The position numbers and the translations under genes are program-made. From positions 3,221 through 67,220 of the forward strand of contig CAZSAD010000005.1 of the NCBI GenBank assembly GCA_964604995.1: DNA of 64,000 nucleotides. The letters are read 5' to 3'. The stretch comes from an uncultured Methanosarcinales archaeon (GTDB lineage Archaea > Nanobdellota > Nanobdellia > Woesearchaeales > JABMPP01). Under the pieces are notes generated by a model that was not told the DNA's origin, made no database searches, and saw nothing but the letters and a program-made list of their open reading frames with translations. Positions 29,301 to 37,079 of the stretch are shown here, in pieces. How positions within the stretch are numbered: position 1 is the stretch's first letter; the number at the start of each line of letters is the position of its first letter.

Positions 29301-32300
29301 AATTATAAAGCAATAGCTCTTGGTAAAATCATATCTATTGTCCCTACTTCTTCAAATACAAAATTACAAAGCAAATATTCACCAAAAGAAGCATTTTTAA
29401 TCTCAGATAAGAATTGGCAAGATGTTTTAAGTTTAGTTCCACTAACAACCTGGACTGGAAATGAACAAGATACAAATTGGTGCCAAAAAGGAACAGGAAC
29501 ACCAGAAAGCGTTTGTGTTTATCCAACACTTATTTATCATGAAGAAGAATCAAAACCAATCCCACTTATCCCTTATCAGCATTTCAGCTTTGATGTTCAA
29601 GGAGAAGGGAACATGACGCAGTACCTTGCTAATGATTCAGGTATTTTGGTACCTGTAAACACTTCTATACCTGATTGGGTATTTAACCTTGTATTTCCAA
29701 GAACTATCCTTAGTCAAAATATCAACATAACACCAAATGCAACTTATACTATTAATTTTTCATTATCTTCTCCTTCAATGGTTTATGCAAATATACATAA
29801 TTTTACAATATATTATCCTTCATTCCTTATTCCAGAAAACGATACTTTTTTTGTTGTTAATCAAACTTTTTATCCTGGGCAAAAACTTATTTACCAAGTT
29901 ACTTTCAAATCAAATGTTGGGATACCTTTTGATGCAGATTCTTTAATTCATTTTTTGCAGGATTATCAGCCATCCGAAATCAAGTTGATAGGGGATTCTC
30001 CTCCATCTCTGGATGATCTTTTAATCACTCCAGCACCAATCGGTGCAGGACTAAGCTCTTCACAGATTACAAGAATAAATATTTCAGATATTTTTTCTGC
30101 ATGGCAGAATTTTAAAGAATTGGTTTATGTTGAAGACAATTATGGGACAGCAATGGTTGCTTCAACTTATGCTTCACTTATCAATGCACCTCTAGTTGTA
30201 AAAAATTCACAGTTGGATTTTCCAAATATTTTTGTAAACAAAGATGTAATTTGTATTGGTAATGTTACCCCTCTAATTGGGATATGTACTGAATTATATA
30301 ATTCAACACAACTTAATTTTAAGATAGCTCAAATAACACAATCAGATAAATTGATGGTTACTAATCCAAATGATATCAATAAAAAAGTTAATAATTTTTT
30401 CACCCCCGATAAGTCATCGACACCAATAAATGAATTATATTCAAAAAATTCTTTGGCTGCACCAATACTTGCTAGTGCAAAGCACGAAATCTTGGTTCCT
30501 GTGACTTCAGAAAAAGTGAACGAAATAAAAAATATCGTCAAAAATAGTGTTGTGCAGTTCATGCCCGAAATAATCAATAACCCCTCTGGAATTTTAGACA
30601 ACAATTTTGACAATCCAATTTGGCAGATAATAAAAGAAAATATTGGTGATGGAAACAAAGAGATTATTAATAAAAATACTATGGCTTATACCCCCGATTT
30701 TATACCTTCTGACGACAAAATTGCTTGGAGGAGAGATAGTAACCACCTTTTTGTTTATGATCTTTCTAATACAAATCTGAAAACAGTTAGTTTTGCGTCT
30801 TTTCCAGGATATTTAAGCAGCTTCAATATTAAAGGAGATAAACTGGTTTCAAGTATAATTGATTTTGGGAATAATCTTGTTTATTGTAGATTAATATTAA
30901 CAGATTTGGGTAATCCAGGTTCATCAACACTTGTTTTTTCAGGAAATAAAGATTCATGCACTTATTATGATAATTCATTTGATATCACTGAAGATTATAT
31001 TTATTTTACTAAGATGACAACAGTTGATTATTCCAAAGACAGTGTAATTATGAGATATTCTATAAACACCTATTCCACACAAGAAGTATTCAAAGCATCA
31101 TCCCACAATATTTACAGCATCAGGACATTATTTGCAGATGATAATCTCTTGTTTATTTTGGCTTATACTAATTCAGGCAGTGAAATTTTTATGTTTAATA
31201 TGACAGATAACACTACGAGAACTATTACAACGACTTTTTATGATATCCTGGATATGTTTTATGTATCAGGAAAGATTGTGTGGTCTCAAGGTTATGATTA
31301 TAATACTCCTTTATATTCCTTGCGTGTTTATAATATCTTAACAAACCAAACAACTTTGATTACGGATTCATTGAGGATGAATGGTGGCAATGGTGTTGTA
31401 TCATCCCCAAAAAGCTTGAATAATATTGTAACTTATGTAGTTGATAATGAAACTGCAAATAAGCAATGTGAAATGACTAAATTATCCTGCTCAACTTTAT
31501 CTCCTTGTAATAATTATTGCACTAATGATCATTCTTATTGCAGTAGCAATTTGGATTGTGATGGTAATGATTGCATGACTGACCAGTGCATACCAACAGA
31601 TTATTACGCTTATAACATTTCAAGTGCACAATCTAAATTAATATCTTCAGGAAAAATCATGGCTTCTCCATTGTTTGACGGGGATTACCTTTATTATGGC
31701 AATAAGTTAATGGGCACATACACTATTGACGGCTACTTTACAGTAATAGGTTCAAATATATCGATCCCTTACAAAGAAGATATGGATCCTGGTGCAATGT
31801 ATGATAATTTTAAATATCTTGATGCATCTGATTATGCAGATATTTATAATGAAGATATGCATCCGGACATGGCAGTTGGCAGAATACAAGGTATAACTTC
31901 AACTGATGTTGCTTCATACATTGCAAGGGATATTTTCTTATCTCACAGTTTAAGACTCGCCTCTGCTAAAATGCTTGCATCTTCTTTTGATTATGAAATA
32001 CATACTGCAGAAAACTGGACTCAAACATTTAATTATTCCAGATACAATGCAACATGCAATATTTTACCAACAGCAACTTCAGGAACAGATTTCAACTGTA
32101 AGATTGAAGAAAATACTACCCTTTGGCCAAATGAATACAAAAATAAAGGTTTGGTGCAATATTTGGATCATGGTGCACCAAATTGGGCAGGAATTAATTC
32201 CAATCAAATCCCTTATTTATCAAACACATTACTATTCAATGATGCATGTTCAACATGTTCAACTTATGATGACCAATCATTTTGTAGTAATGCAATTCGC

Positions 32301-32528
32301 AGAGGAGCATTATTACATGCTGGTGCAGCTTCTATTGCATGGACAGGGAATAATGTTTATATGAACATGGTAAATGGTATTTATTACGACAATCTTACTT
32401 TAGGCCAGGCATTTTCAAAAAGCTTTGAATATAATTATTATAGGTATATGACTATGATTTTAGGAGACCCGACATTAAATATAAACGCACAGCCTGAAAT
32501 AATCAGCCCGCTAGAGCAACAATGGTAA
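23397..32528 (+). CDS. Giant (3043 aa) secreted protein with a tandem ~584-aa module duplication and a C-terminal gingipain-like (C25, clan CD) cysteine-peptidase domain
   Basis: Signal peptide with a lipobox-like LTGC. Modules at 25838-27590 and 27591-29343 (SGYDLNIHSYFQIPPTIQSNSNL... vs SSYDLNINSHFSIIPTIQSNSNL...). C-terminal YLDHGAPNWAGINSNQIPYLSNTLLFNDACSTCS resembles the gingipain His/Cys dyad region GHGSETAWG...NSNQLPFIFDVACVNG. Putative His codon at 32169-32171, Cys codon at 32247-32249. Confidence 0.8.
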   Translation: MKQSKTKISSKNNKLKIINNQIFILLFISLSLIFLTGCPSGEGIYETSTEEYNAGWVLHNINDSTSTTLEYNSSELMIYNASFNFPADSPLDYAHSSFWMYPYNAKDDPIFLTSIVSFPVPSKRTYYYYGSTGGVNYDSTWGTLEDTYITYEYSFEQDETPWEFKQTEQIFGYNYYYTARKVVEKQYGIAPYKIANFAGNSYSFWVEGKLIKNQLLENPAYLNKASQVGFPIPTLKISHNGNITLERNLAQYYPPPDNVYSWNYYNGYFYFWGINNSGIYQADMIIPTYYPIWSNVEQTVQFLLEQDSNNNDQLALMSKIPKLEFFYVSPYFTSGETIFVVINFSNEVNISAVQLQFSTDDINYETVVLSGNNNYYYANYTAPFYAEKLDSYIFATTYQGYNYTLKIENVALKKVQPIITITGPDSVSLLDETNYYVDCEYTFKNEQKKCNYALLNLNLNNVPIKKYFPSYNNLTTFSLKIPINATNNFTLSSWFEGSGNLLGAQSQNYPVSIQRYDHDLKMINYKVHSKIVNQNNTITATIANIGINPEYNVPVILAPESKYGPNGFYSISHIPVINPREIVEVNLTFIPTYSDTIYLNLTVNALLDTNIFNNNISLEINPKFNGSNIYPRINYLVNPLIINVPNQIRLDIPNSGLKTATNVSYKFYIFDFISPDVMFEGTTNWNYNNVNYLINLSSPTLNTHHVTIKYNNLIISKQLFDKEVLELDNNICFVIYEMFNDSTINFYHIQFKECIVTNSNLQDIIPTLDRQPVYSTLVNYTPTKVGFYTSYVSLINNEEYLLDNFDATSFQVTKSGYDLNIHSYFQIPPTIQSNSNLTVRVRNDGNLKSPPNTTTKIRDVININSWDIITSTTKTIFYEGITYQITIIPHVEIPYFFSINISYLNITENFDLYISQSYKLNNSVIFAISYSFNSSWFEIIFGKEHFSKEFLVPEIKPGGYIETQIEIPNNTYFEHRLFSEVFSDGDRDLYNNFKSNWYLMDLHNPDIAIELNSNFPNNLLVNEIAYLNFSIKNYKQYNATDIWITVNLTNSNNMGEKTTTLFQTHLNSLEGYSSIHYLFNFTPTDVGYYQLDIFAELENDDHFYNNYINLNFESKRNESYLRSYLNIEPFYDLFLLDTNNSIDVKLNNYGFLEVKNVSMVLYLDNNLIINESNIYIASFGSYFYNSNFIPTQKKEYHLSLQIFDNTNNSNLIYDYWQFVPAVRQISTQMQITDMQENPQTRYIATRQGELGFFNGTANINVLDEMEHFSSYFVDEESEEYFGFMTRYSYFNETEELKTQLLWNIESNNLHADLIYLNYPSWQYSQSEIKLIINLIKHPINTNYLRLFGCTLYNFENNSCLSNWEEINGDNINLDNNNLYVNSWFNNYKAIALGKKITGSSYDLNINSHFSIIPTIQSNSNLTIGIWNNGGLNSPDTTAKIRDVMDINSWSIMVNITQEFFYDGITYQFTITPNAENSNLFSINISYLNITETFSLYPLQNYKLNNSVIFAIKYYFGYSWLEIMLGKEHFYKEFLLPEINPQSYFETQIEVPSSNKIEHMLFSDVFLEGDVYAPDNFNINTYQVETFYPDVAIEPDQSFPNNLLVNETAYLNFSVKNYRSYNAFDIKIIVNLTNFGKMEQETTTIFSAYLNSLEGYGTIPYLINFTPQNLGYYQLDIFAELENDTYFYNNHANLYFRSMENESNLNVNFNIEPYYDLFILDNNNRINIILDNYAFLELKNVSMILYLDNNPILNESNIYITSFGSLFYNYNFTPTQKKEYNLSLQIFDNTNQSNLIYNYNQLVPAAKQISTQIQISDMQENPQKRYIVTRQGELGFFNGTANINILDEYEHFSSYLVNEEDEEYFGFMTRYSYFNETEKLTTQLLWNVDSDNLHADLIYLNSPSWQYEQSEIKFVINLNQHSINTNNVTVFGCNNYIYQNNSCLSNWEEINNGGVILDNNNLYVNAWFNNYKAIALGKIISIVPTSSNTKLQSKYSPKEAFLISDKNWQDVLSLVPLTTWTGNEQDTNWCQKGTGTPESVCVYPTLIYHEEESKPIPLIPYQHFSFDVQGEGNMTQYLANDSGILVPVNTSIPDWVFNLVFPRTILSQNINITPNATYTINFSLSSPSMVYANIHNFTIYYPSFLIPENDTFFVVNQTFYPGQKLIYQVTFKSNVGIPFDADSLIHFLQDYQPSEIKLIGDSPPSLDDLLITPAPIGAGLSSSQITRINISDIFSAWQNFKELVYVEDNYGTAMVASTYASLINAPLVVKNSQLDFPNIFVNKDVICIGNVTPLIGICTELYNSTQLNFKIAQITQSDKLMVTNPNDINKKVNNFFTPDKSSTPINELYSKNSLAAPILASAKHEILVPVTSEKVNEIKNIVKNSVVQFMPEIINNPSGILDNNFDNPIWQIIKENIGDGNKEIINKNTMAYTPDFIPSDDKIAWRRDSNHLFVYDLSNTNLKTVSFASFPGYLSSFNIKGDKLVSSIIDFGNNLVYCRLILTDLGNPGSSTLVFSGNKDSCTYYDNSFDITEDYIYFTKMTTVDYSKDSVIMRYSINTYSTQEVFKASSHNIYSIRTLFADDNLLFILAYTNSGSEIFMFNMTDNTTRTITTTFYDILDMFYVSGKIVWSQGYDYNTPLYSLRVYNILTNQTTLITDSLRMNGGNGVVSSPKSLNNIVTYVVDNETANKQCEMTKLSCSTLSPCNNYCTNDHSYCSSNLDCDGNDCMTDQCIPTDYYAYNISSAQSKLISSGKIMASPLFDGDYLYYGNKLMGTYTIDGYFTVIGSNISIPYKEDMDPGAMYDNFKYLDASDYADIYNEDMHPDMAVGRIQGITSTDVASYIARDIFLSHSLRLASAKMLASSFDYEIHTAENWTQTFNYSRYNATCNILPTATSGTDFNCKIEENTTLWPNEYKNKGLVQYLDHGAPNWAGINSNQIPYLSNTLLFNDACSTCSTYDDQSFCSNAIRRGALLHAGAASIAWTGNNVYMNMVNGIYYDNLTLGQAFSKSFEYNYYRYMTMILGDPTLNINAQPEIISPLEQQW
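25838..29343 (+). repeat. Tandem duplication of a ~1750-nt (~584 aa) coding module in two diverged copies
   Basis: Protein-level collinearity across the whole module. Identical DNA islands include ttggtttaacaattataaagcaatagctcttggtaaaa at 27543-27580 and 29291-29328, aaacttaacaattcagttatttt, and ccaacgcaaaaaaaagaatat. Confidence 0.8.
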
Positions 32529-32564
32529 ACTTCAATTAATAAAAAACAAAATAAAAACAAAAAT

Positions 32565-33803
32565 ATGCCAGCGAAAACAAAAATCCGGAAAGTGAAAAAT
32601 CTGAATTATTTAAAAATTTCAATATTTTTAGTGCTATTTCTTTTCTCATTACTTGAAACAAAAAGCATTGAAATTCCAAAGATTGCATTAAATATTCAGG
32701 ACTCTTTTGTAAAAAATGACATTATAAATTTTAATTACACAATTTCTTTAGTTGGTAATAACAAGGAACCTTTACAGATTGCATATTTTACTTCGGTGAA
32801 GTGTCCAAATGCACCCCAAGGGCTTATAGAATTGAAAAATGCAATATTAACAAACAACAATAGTGTTACAGGAACTCATTTGGATTTCAAAGTCAGTAGT
32901 AGTATTACACAGCAAGCATGTAACGCATCAGTTACAATAATGCAGCCATTTTCCTTTAGCCAATATAAATCGTTTGATATAATTACAGACCCATTGATTT
33001 TTTTATACATTTCAACTGATAAAAAAGTATATTTTATGACCGAAGAAATAATTATAAAATCAACGATAAATGTGTTTCCAGATGATGTTCGTTCTTCAAT
33101 TATATTTCCCGATGGTACAAAAAAAGATATAACTTTACCATATAAATTTAAGCCAGATCAAGCAGGAACTTATACAGTTTTTGTTTCTGCATCCAAATCT
33201 AGTTATGAATCTTCAGAGGCCCATTATTCATTTGCAGTAATTGCCAAGCAAGCACAGTTCAAATCAGCATCACAATGTAATTCAAACAACATTTGCGACC
33301 AAGGTGAAACAACTCAAAATTGTCCGCAAGATTGCGCATCAAAATCAATTGTAACAAAATCAACTACTACAATTTCAACTACAACAAATACTAAAGATGC
33401 AACTGAAAAACCATCACCCTTACTTATTACACCTAAAGAAAACAAACCAAGTGAAATTAAATCAATTAATCCTCAATCAAATGGAATAATTTATGCATTA
33501 TTTATTGGAATTGCTGTTTTCATTTTACTTTTCTTAATTGTTGAAACTAAAAGAAAATCACTTTCTTTTGATAGATTGCATGAACTCGCAAAAGAAAATA
33601 AAGTTCATACAGTTCATATTGAATTAGATAAATTAGTTAATTATATTTTTGCAGCAAGAAAATATGGTTTTCCAGATACGGAAATACAAAAAAAATTAAC
33701 TGATTTAGGTTGGATTGGAAAAGATATTGATAATGCTTTTATTGAAGCAGACAGTCAAAAAGAAGAAGCAGAAGAAATTGATGCTAATAAACAAATGCCT
33801 TAA
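32565..33803 (+). CDS. Type-I membrane protein (412 aa) carrying a 4-Cys mini-module shared with the upstream giant
   Basis: Signal peptide, then an ectodomain with QCNSNNICDQGETTQNCPQDC, a Thr/Ser-rich stalk, TM helix IIYALFIGIAVFILLFLIV and a short cytoplasmic tail. 37 nt downstream of giant 2 on the same strand. Confidence 0.6.
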   Translation: MPAKTKIRKVKNLNYLKISIFLVLFLFSLLETKSIEIPKIALNIQDSFVKNDIINFNYTISLVGNNKEPLQIAYFTSVKCPNAPQGLIELKNAILTNNNSVTGTHLDFKVSSSITQQACNASVTIMQPFSFSQYKSFDIITDPLIFLYISTDKKVYFMTEEIIIKSTINVFPDDVRSSIIFPDGTKKDITLPYKFKPDQAGTYTVFVSASKSSYESSEAHYSFAVIAKQAQFKSASQCNSNNICDQGETTQNCPQDCASKSIVTKSTTTISTTTNTKDATEKPSPLLITPKENKPSEIKSINPQSNGIIYALFIGIAVFILLFLIVETKRKSLSFDRLHELAKENKVHTVHIELDKLVNYIFAARKYGFPDTEIQKKLTDLGWIGKDIDNAFIEADSQKEEAEEIDANKQMP

Positions 33804-33812
33804 AAATAAAAT

Positions 33813-34841
33813 TTATTTAAGTAATTCTTTCAAAACTTTTTCTTTCAATTCATCTGGACTTGTTATTGCACCTTTATGCTTTTGTAAAAATTCATCAACT
33901 TTTTCTTTTGGCAAAATATCGCATTTAGAAAGATAAATAAATATCTTTTTTTCAAATCCATGCACAACTTTGTATAATTTATCCTGATCTTTTAATGGGT
34001 ATGGCTCAGTTAAATCAAAAACATAAACAAAAATATCAGCGCAGTATTTCATTGCTAAATATGCTTGCTGCTCAATGTTATTCATTTTATTGAATCTATT
34101 TAATGTGCCAGGTGTATCAATCACTTGTATTTTCTCCTCTTTTTTAACCCCTTCTTCGCCTTCTTCAGTACTTTCAATCATTCTTTTTGTTTTAAAATAA
34201 GATACATTAATTCCTCTTGTTGTAAATGCATAATCTGAAATTTCAGGCATTGAGCCTGTTAATTTGTAAAGAAGAGTTGTTTTTCCAACATTTGGAAAAC
34301 CCGCAATTACAATTGTTTTTGTTTCAGTTTTTACTGAAGGGAATTCTTTCATAGTTTTTCTTGCATATTCCAAGAATTTTAGTGCCTTATCTGCTTGGTA
34401 TACAAATGAACTTAATCTTCCAAAAAATTCTCTTCTGTGTTTATTTAAATCATCAAAATCTCTGCTTCCTTTAATTTTAGGAACATAAAAATTATGGATT
34501 CTATCAAATCTTTCAGATGCCCATCCAATTGTACCTAATGATTTTTTTAGCTGATAATAATCTATTGTTGTTCTAACAAGCTCATTGTAAAATGGTGGCA
34601 GCTCAGAAATACTTGGAAAACCCTTAACTATATTAAAAAAAGAAGTTACTAAGGAGCTTTTCACTGTTTGCATTCTAGCTAGTTCAACATATTTTAATTT
34701 ATCAAATCTGCTTATATGTTTGCTGCCAAGTTTTCTTTTTCCTGCATTTTTGGCAACTAATGCCATTTTTTGCCCATTTCTAAATGCTTGATCTAAATAT
34801 TCCTTAGCAGTTTCGACATTTGTTAGGTTCTGAAAGTTCAT
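33813..34841 (-). CDS. NOG1-family GTP-binding protein (archaeal Nog1/GTPBP4 homolog)
   Basis: N-terminal NOG1-type domain; G1 motif FPNVGKTTLLYKLTGS; G3 motif DTPG. Confidence 0.75.
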   Translation of the reverse strand: MNFQNLTNVETAKEYLDQAFRNGQKMALVAKNAGKRKLGSKHISRFDKLKYVELARMQTVKSSLVTSFFNIVKGFPSISELPPFYNELVRTTIDYYQLKKSLGTIGWASERFDRIHNFYVPKIKGSRDFDDLNKHRREFFGRLSSFVYQADKALKFLEYARKTMKEFPSVKTETKTIVIAGFPNVGKTTLLYKLTGSMPEISDYAFTTRGINVSYFKTKRMIESTEEGEEGVKKEEKIQVIDTPGTLNRFNKMNNIEQQAYLAMKYCADIFVYVFDLTEPYPLKDQDKLYKVVHGFEKKIFIYLSKCDILPKEKVDEFLQKHKGAITSPDELKEKVLKELLK

Positions 34842-34931
34842 TTGTACCAGTATATAGAAAAAGAGTTACCTTTTTAAATGCCCCTCTTTTCTATAAGTTT
34901 GCTGAGGCTACTCTATTTGAGGTAAGTTCTC

Positions 34932-34937
34932 GGGAGG
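34932..34937 (+). promoter_or_regulatory. Shine-Dalgarno gggagg, 9 nt upstream of the rps6e ATG
   Basis: Canonical GGAGG. Confidence 0.45.
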
Positions 34938-34946
34938 ATTGAGAAT

Positions 34947-35354
34947 ATGGTAGATTTTAAATTGGTTATAGCAGACCCTAAGTCTGGTAAATGTTATCAA
35001 AAAGAACTCAAAGATCCTGATTCTAAAAAGCTCTTTGGTCACAAAATTGGAGATACCATTAAAGGAGAACTCGTTAATCTAGCTGGATATGAATTTGAAA
35101 TAACTGGCGGTAGTGATTATTGCGGATTTCCAATGAGAAGAGATGTTTTAGGAGTTGCAAGAAAAAGAATACTTTCAACCAGGGGAATTGGTGTTAAAAA
35201 TGTCGAAGGCGGCGATAGAAAAAGAAAAACAGTTGCTGGAAATGCAATTTATGACCAAACTTCACAGGTTAATCTTAAAACATTAAAAGTTGGTAAAGAG
35301 CCTTTAGCTCCAGTAGAAGAAGCTGTAAAAACTGATGCAGCAAAAAAGGAGTAG
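34947..35354 (+). CDS. rps6e: 30S ribosomal protein S6e
   Basis: ITGGSDYCGFPMRRDVLG and GDRKRKTVAGNAI match the eS6 family; length 135 aa. Confidence 0.85.
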   Translation: MVDFKLVIADPKSGKCYQKELKDPDSKKLFGHKIGDTIKGELVNLAGYEFEITGGSDYCGFPMRRDVLGVARKRILSTRGIGVKNVEGGDRKRKTVAGNAIYDQTSQVNLKTLKVGKEPLAPVEEAVKTDAAKKE

Positions 35355-35454
35355 TTTTAATTAATTAAATTAACCAAATAAATAATATTTTATTTTAATT
35401 ATTTTTATTATATTGTTTTAAACAATTAAACCACAAGGGGTGGTTTTTTAACTC

Positions 35455-37035
35455 ATGGCAAAAAAGAAAAAAATCGATTCAAAAACTGACTCAAAAACTG
35501 ATTTAAAATCACAAGCAGTACCTGTTTCTGATGAATTAGTAGAAGATGCATTGCATTCTAACACAACAATTACTTCTGATGAAGAATTCTCTGATGAAAC
35601 AGTATCTCAAGAATCAAAAGAGCACACTTCAAAAGAACATGTTTCAAAAGAGCACAAGAAAAAAGAAAGCAAAAAATCAAAATCAACACATACCGATTCA
35701 AATTCTGAAAACTCTGAATTGGATGATTCAAAAGATTCTACTAAAGAACCTACTAAAGAATCAAAACCTCACAAAAATAAAGTTCACACTTCCAATAAAG
35801 ATGTAGAAAAATCTCAGCCAGAAGTTAATATTGGCCTAGTTGGTCATGTTGATCATGGTAAAACAACAATTACTGAAAGACTTTCTGGTAAATGGACAGA
35901 TACTCATTCAGAAGAAGTTAAAAGAGGCATTACAATTAGATTAGGTTATGCAGATTCTATTTTTAGAGAGTGTCCAAATTGTGAAGATGCAAATGCTTAC
36001 ACAATAAATCCAAAATGCGAAAAATGTGGCAGTGAAACAATCACATTAAGAAAAGTTAGTTTTGTCGATGCTCCAGGTCACGAAAGCTTAATGGCAACAA
36101 TGCTTGCAGGAACAACAATCATGGACGGTGCACTTTTGGTTATTGCAGCAAATGAAGAATGCCCTCAACCTCAAACACAAGAACATTTAATGGCACTTGA
36201 TATAATTGGCGTTGAAAATGTAGTAATCATTCAAAATAAAATTGATTTAGTAGGTAAAGAAGATGCAATGAGAAATTATAAGCAAGTTAAAACTTTCTTA
36301 AAAGGCACAAGATATGAAAATTCTCCAATTGTTCCAATAGCAGCTCAGCATAATGTTAATATTGGTTATTTAATACAAGCAATTGAAGAAACAATCAAAA
36401 CACCTAAGCGTGATATGGATAAAGAACCAATAATGCTAATTGCAAGAAGTTTTGATATTAATAGGCCAGGAGCAACTCCTGAAAGTATGACTGGTGGAGT
36501 TCTTGGTGGTACATTAAAACAAGGAAAATTTCATGTAGGCGATGAAATTGAAATAAAACCTGGTAGAATGGTCGAAGAGAAAAACCAAAAAGTTTGGTAT
36601 CCTTTAACAACAAAAATAACAGGCATCATTACAGGTGGAAATCATGTTGATGAAGTAATTCCTGGTGGATCAATTGGTGTTCAAACTAATCTTGACCCAT
36701 CAATAGTTAAATCAGACAAATTAACTGGAAATGTAGTTGGTCACCCTGGAAAATTACCTGAAGTGTGGTATGAATTTACATTGTCTGTAAAATTACTTGA
36801 AAGAGTAGTTGGTTCAGACAAAGAGCTTCAAGTTGAACCTATAAAATTGGGTGAAGTTTTAATGTTAAATGTAAATTCAGCAGCAACAGTTGGTATTGTT
36901 GATAAACTTGGAAAAAATCAGTTTCACTGCAAACTAAAATTGCCAGTTTGCTCTGAAAGAACTAGTAGAATTACAATTTCAAGAAAAATTGGTACGAGAT
37001 TTAGATTAATTGGCTTTGGTATGATTCTAAATTAA
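35455..37035 (+). CDS. eif2g: Translation initiation factor 2 gamma subunit (aIF2-gamma) with an ~113-aa low-complexity N-terminal extension
   Basis: QPEVNIGLVGHVDHGKTT (G1); zinc ribbon CPNCEDANAYTINPKCEKCGSE; DAPGHE; NKIDLV. K/S/E/D-rich extension before the G domain; aggggtgg SD-like motif upstream of ATG 35455. Confidence 0.9.
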   Translation: MAKKKKIDSKTDSKTDLKSQAVPVSDELVEDALHSNTTITSDEEFSDETVSQESKEHTSKEHVSKEHKKKESKKSKSTHTDSNSENSELDDSKDSTKEPTKESKPHKNKVHTSNKDVEKSQPEVNIGLVGHVDHGKTTITERLSGKWTDTHSEEVKRGITIRLGYADSIFRECPNCEDANAYTINPKCEKCGSETITLRKVSFVDAPGHESLMATMLAGTTIMDGALLVIAANEECPQPQTQEHLMALDIIGVENVVIIQNKIDLVGKEDAMRNYKQVKTFLKGTRYENSPIVPIAAQHNVNIGYLIQAIEETIKTPKRDMDKEPIMLIARSFDINRPGATPESMTGGVLGGTLKQGKFHVGDEIEIKPGRMVEEKNQKVWYPLTTKITGIITGGNHVDEVIPGGSIGVQTNLDPSIVKSDKLTGNVVGHPGKLPEVWYEFTLSVKLLERVVGSDKELQVEPIKLGEVLMLNVNSAATVGIVDKLGKNQFHCKLKLPVCSERTSRITISRKIGTRFRLIGFGMILN

Positions 37036-37079
37036 TTTTTAATCAATTCTTAATTTTTATTTTAAACTCTGTTTAACAT

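Noticed and set aside
33715-33936. ORF 33715..33936 (+) overlapping the end of 32565..33803 and the NOG1 gene on the opposite strand
   Set aside because: Overlaps two better-supported genes. Its composition is K-rich and low-complexity; spurious.
35546-35806. Alternative-frame ORF 35546..35806 inside the aIF2-gamma N-terminal extension
   Set aside because: Lies within the in-frame extension that is directly continuous with the G domain and is preceded by an SD-like motif at 35436-35443. The alternative frame is K/N/Q low-complexity.
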